15,630 nt of DNA, from the IMG/VR virus record IMGVR_UViG_2574180220_000001. The stretch is one strand, 5' to 3'. Each line of letters starts with the position of its first letter. Positions within the stretch are counted from its first letter, which is position 1. The stretch comes from a virus. Its lineage: Duplodnaviria > Heunggongvirae > Uroviricota > Caudoviricetes. The notes under the pieces are model-generated. The model made no database searches, was not told the origin of the DNA, and saw only the letters and a list, made by a program, of their open reading frames with translations. Below are positions 15,352 through 15,630 of the stretch, one piece after another. Both the position numbers and the translations under genes were made by a program.

Positions 15352-15630
15352 TGAATCGCCACGGGTTTAACAGACACCTCAGAGTCATTTAAGATGGCTT
15401 AAAGAGAGGTGCCCATGAGCGGTAAGCGTTATCCCGAAGAGTTTAAAACTGAAGCAGTCAAACAGGTTGTTGATCGCGGTTATTCTGTTGCCAGCGTTGC
15501 AACACGTCTCGATATCACCACCCACAGCCTTTATGCCTGGATAAAGAAGTACGGTCCGGATTACTCCACTTTTTCATCAAGCCAATCCGCCCACCACTGC
15601 ATCATTTCTCTGCGCTTATCGAAATACTGA
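15352..15630 (+). mobile_element. Left end of a second IS3-family element (IR beginning TGAATCGCCACGGG) with orfA; continues beyond the window
   Basis: IR-like terminus starting with TGA about 63 bp upstream of an orfA-type ORF; inserted into the IS2-like orfB. Family assignment by general resemblance only. Confidence 0.6.
15415..15630 (+). CDS. IS3-family transposase OrfA (HTH protein), possibly truncated or frameshifted at its C-terminus
   Basis: MSGKRYPEEFKTEAVKQVVDRGYSVASVATRLDITTHSLYAWIKKYGPD... is a typical IS3-family OrfA N-terminus with a helix-turn-helix; ATG at 15415 preceded by AGAGAGG. The tail (YSTFSSSQSAHHCIISLRLSKY) lacks the usual leucine-zipper-like segment. Confidence 0.6.
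   Translation: MSGKRYPEEFKTEAVKQVVDRGYSVASVATRLDITTHSLYAWIKKYGPDYSTFSSSQSAHHCIISLRLSKY

Noticed and set aside
1-15630. CRISPR arrays, rRNA genes, intact tRNA genes
   Set aside because: No regularly spaced direct repeats of CRISPR type and no rRNA-like sequence were seen; the only tRNA-like sequence is the partial tRNA-Ser.

Overview
This window reads as an Escherichia coli chromosomal segment at the ybhC / lambda attB locus carrying a heavily deleted lambda-like (lambdoid mosaic) prophage, followed by AT-rich foreign DNA and insertion-sequence fragments. Read left to right: ybhC (minus strand), attL with the lambda core GCTTTTTTATACTAA and P' arm, int, xis, orf55, ea8.5, a chimeric ORF (first ~115 aa of Bet fused to a DUF551-like C-terminus; exo absent), gam, kil, cIII, ea10, ral, then a junction straight into the 3' end of a Q antiterminator gene (sieB, N, rex, cI, cro, cII, O, P and nin all absent). 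Next come an intact OmpC-family porin (NmpC/Lc-like), a phage-21-type pinholin and SAR endolysin, lambda-type Rz/Rz1, bor, a DUF1398-like ORF, a 68-aa ORF, cos, and nu1 whose last ~10 codons are replaced at a junction with the C-terminal part of a tail-fibre gene (all head and tail genes absent). That fragment is followed by a start-less tfa 3' end, ~1.5 kb of AT-rich non-coding DNA containing the 3' portion of a tRNA-Ser, an AraC-family regulator, and a truncated IS2-like element interrupted by a second IS3-family element. No CRISPR array, rRNA or intact tRNA was seen. I did not find a convincing novel multi-gene system; the most unusual items are the Bet::DUF551 chimera, an unannotated ribbon-helix-helix ORF beside cos, the orphaned but intact lysis and conversion genes, and the tRNA-Ser fragment with its AT-rich flank. 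All identifications rest on recalled protein and DNA sequences, not database searches, and hand-derived coordinates may be off by 1-2 nt.
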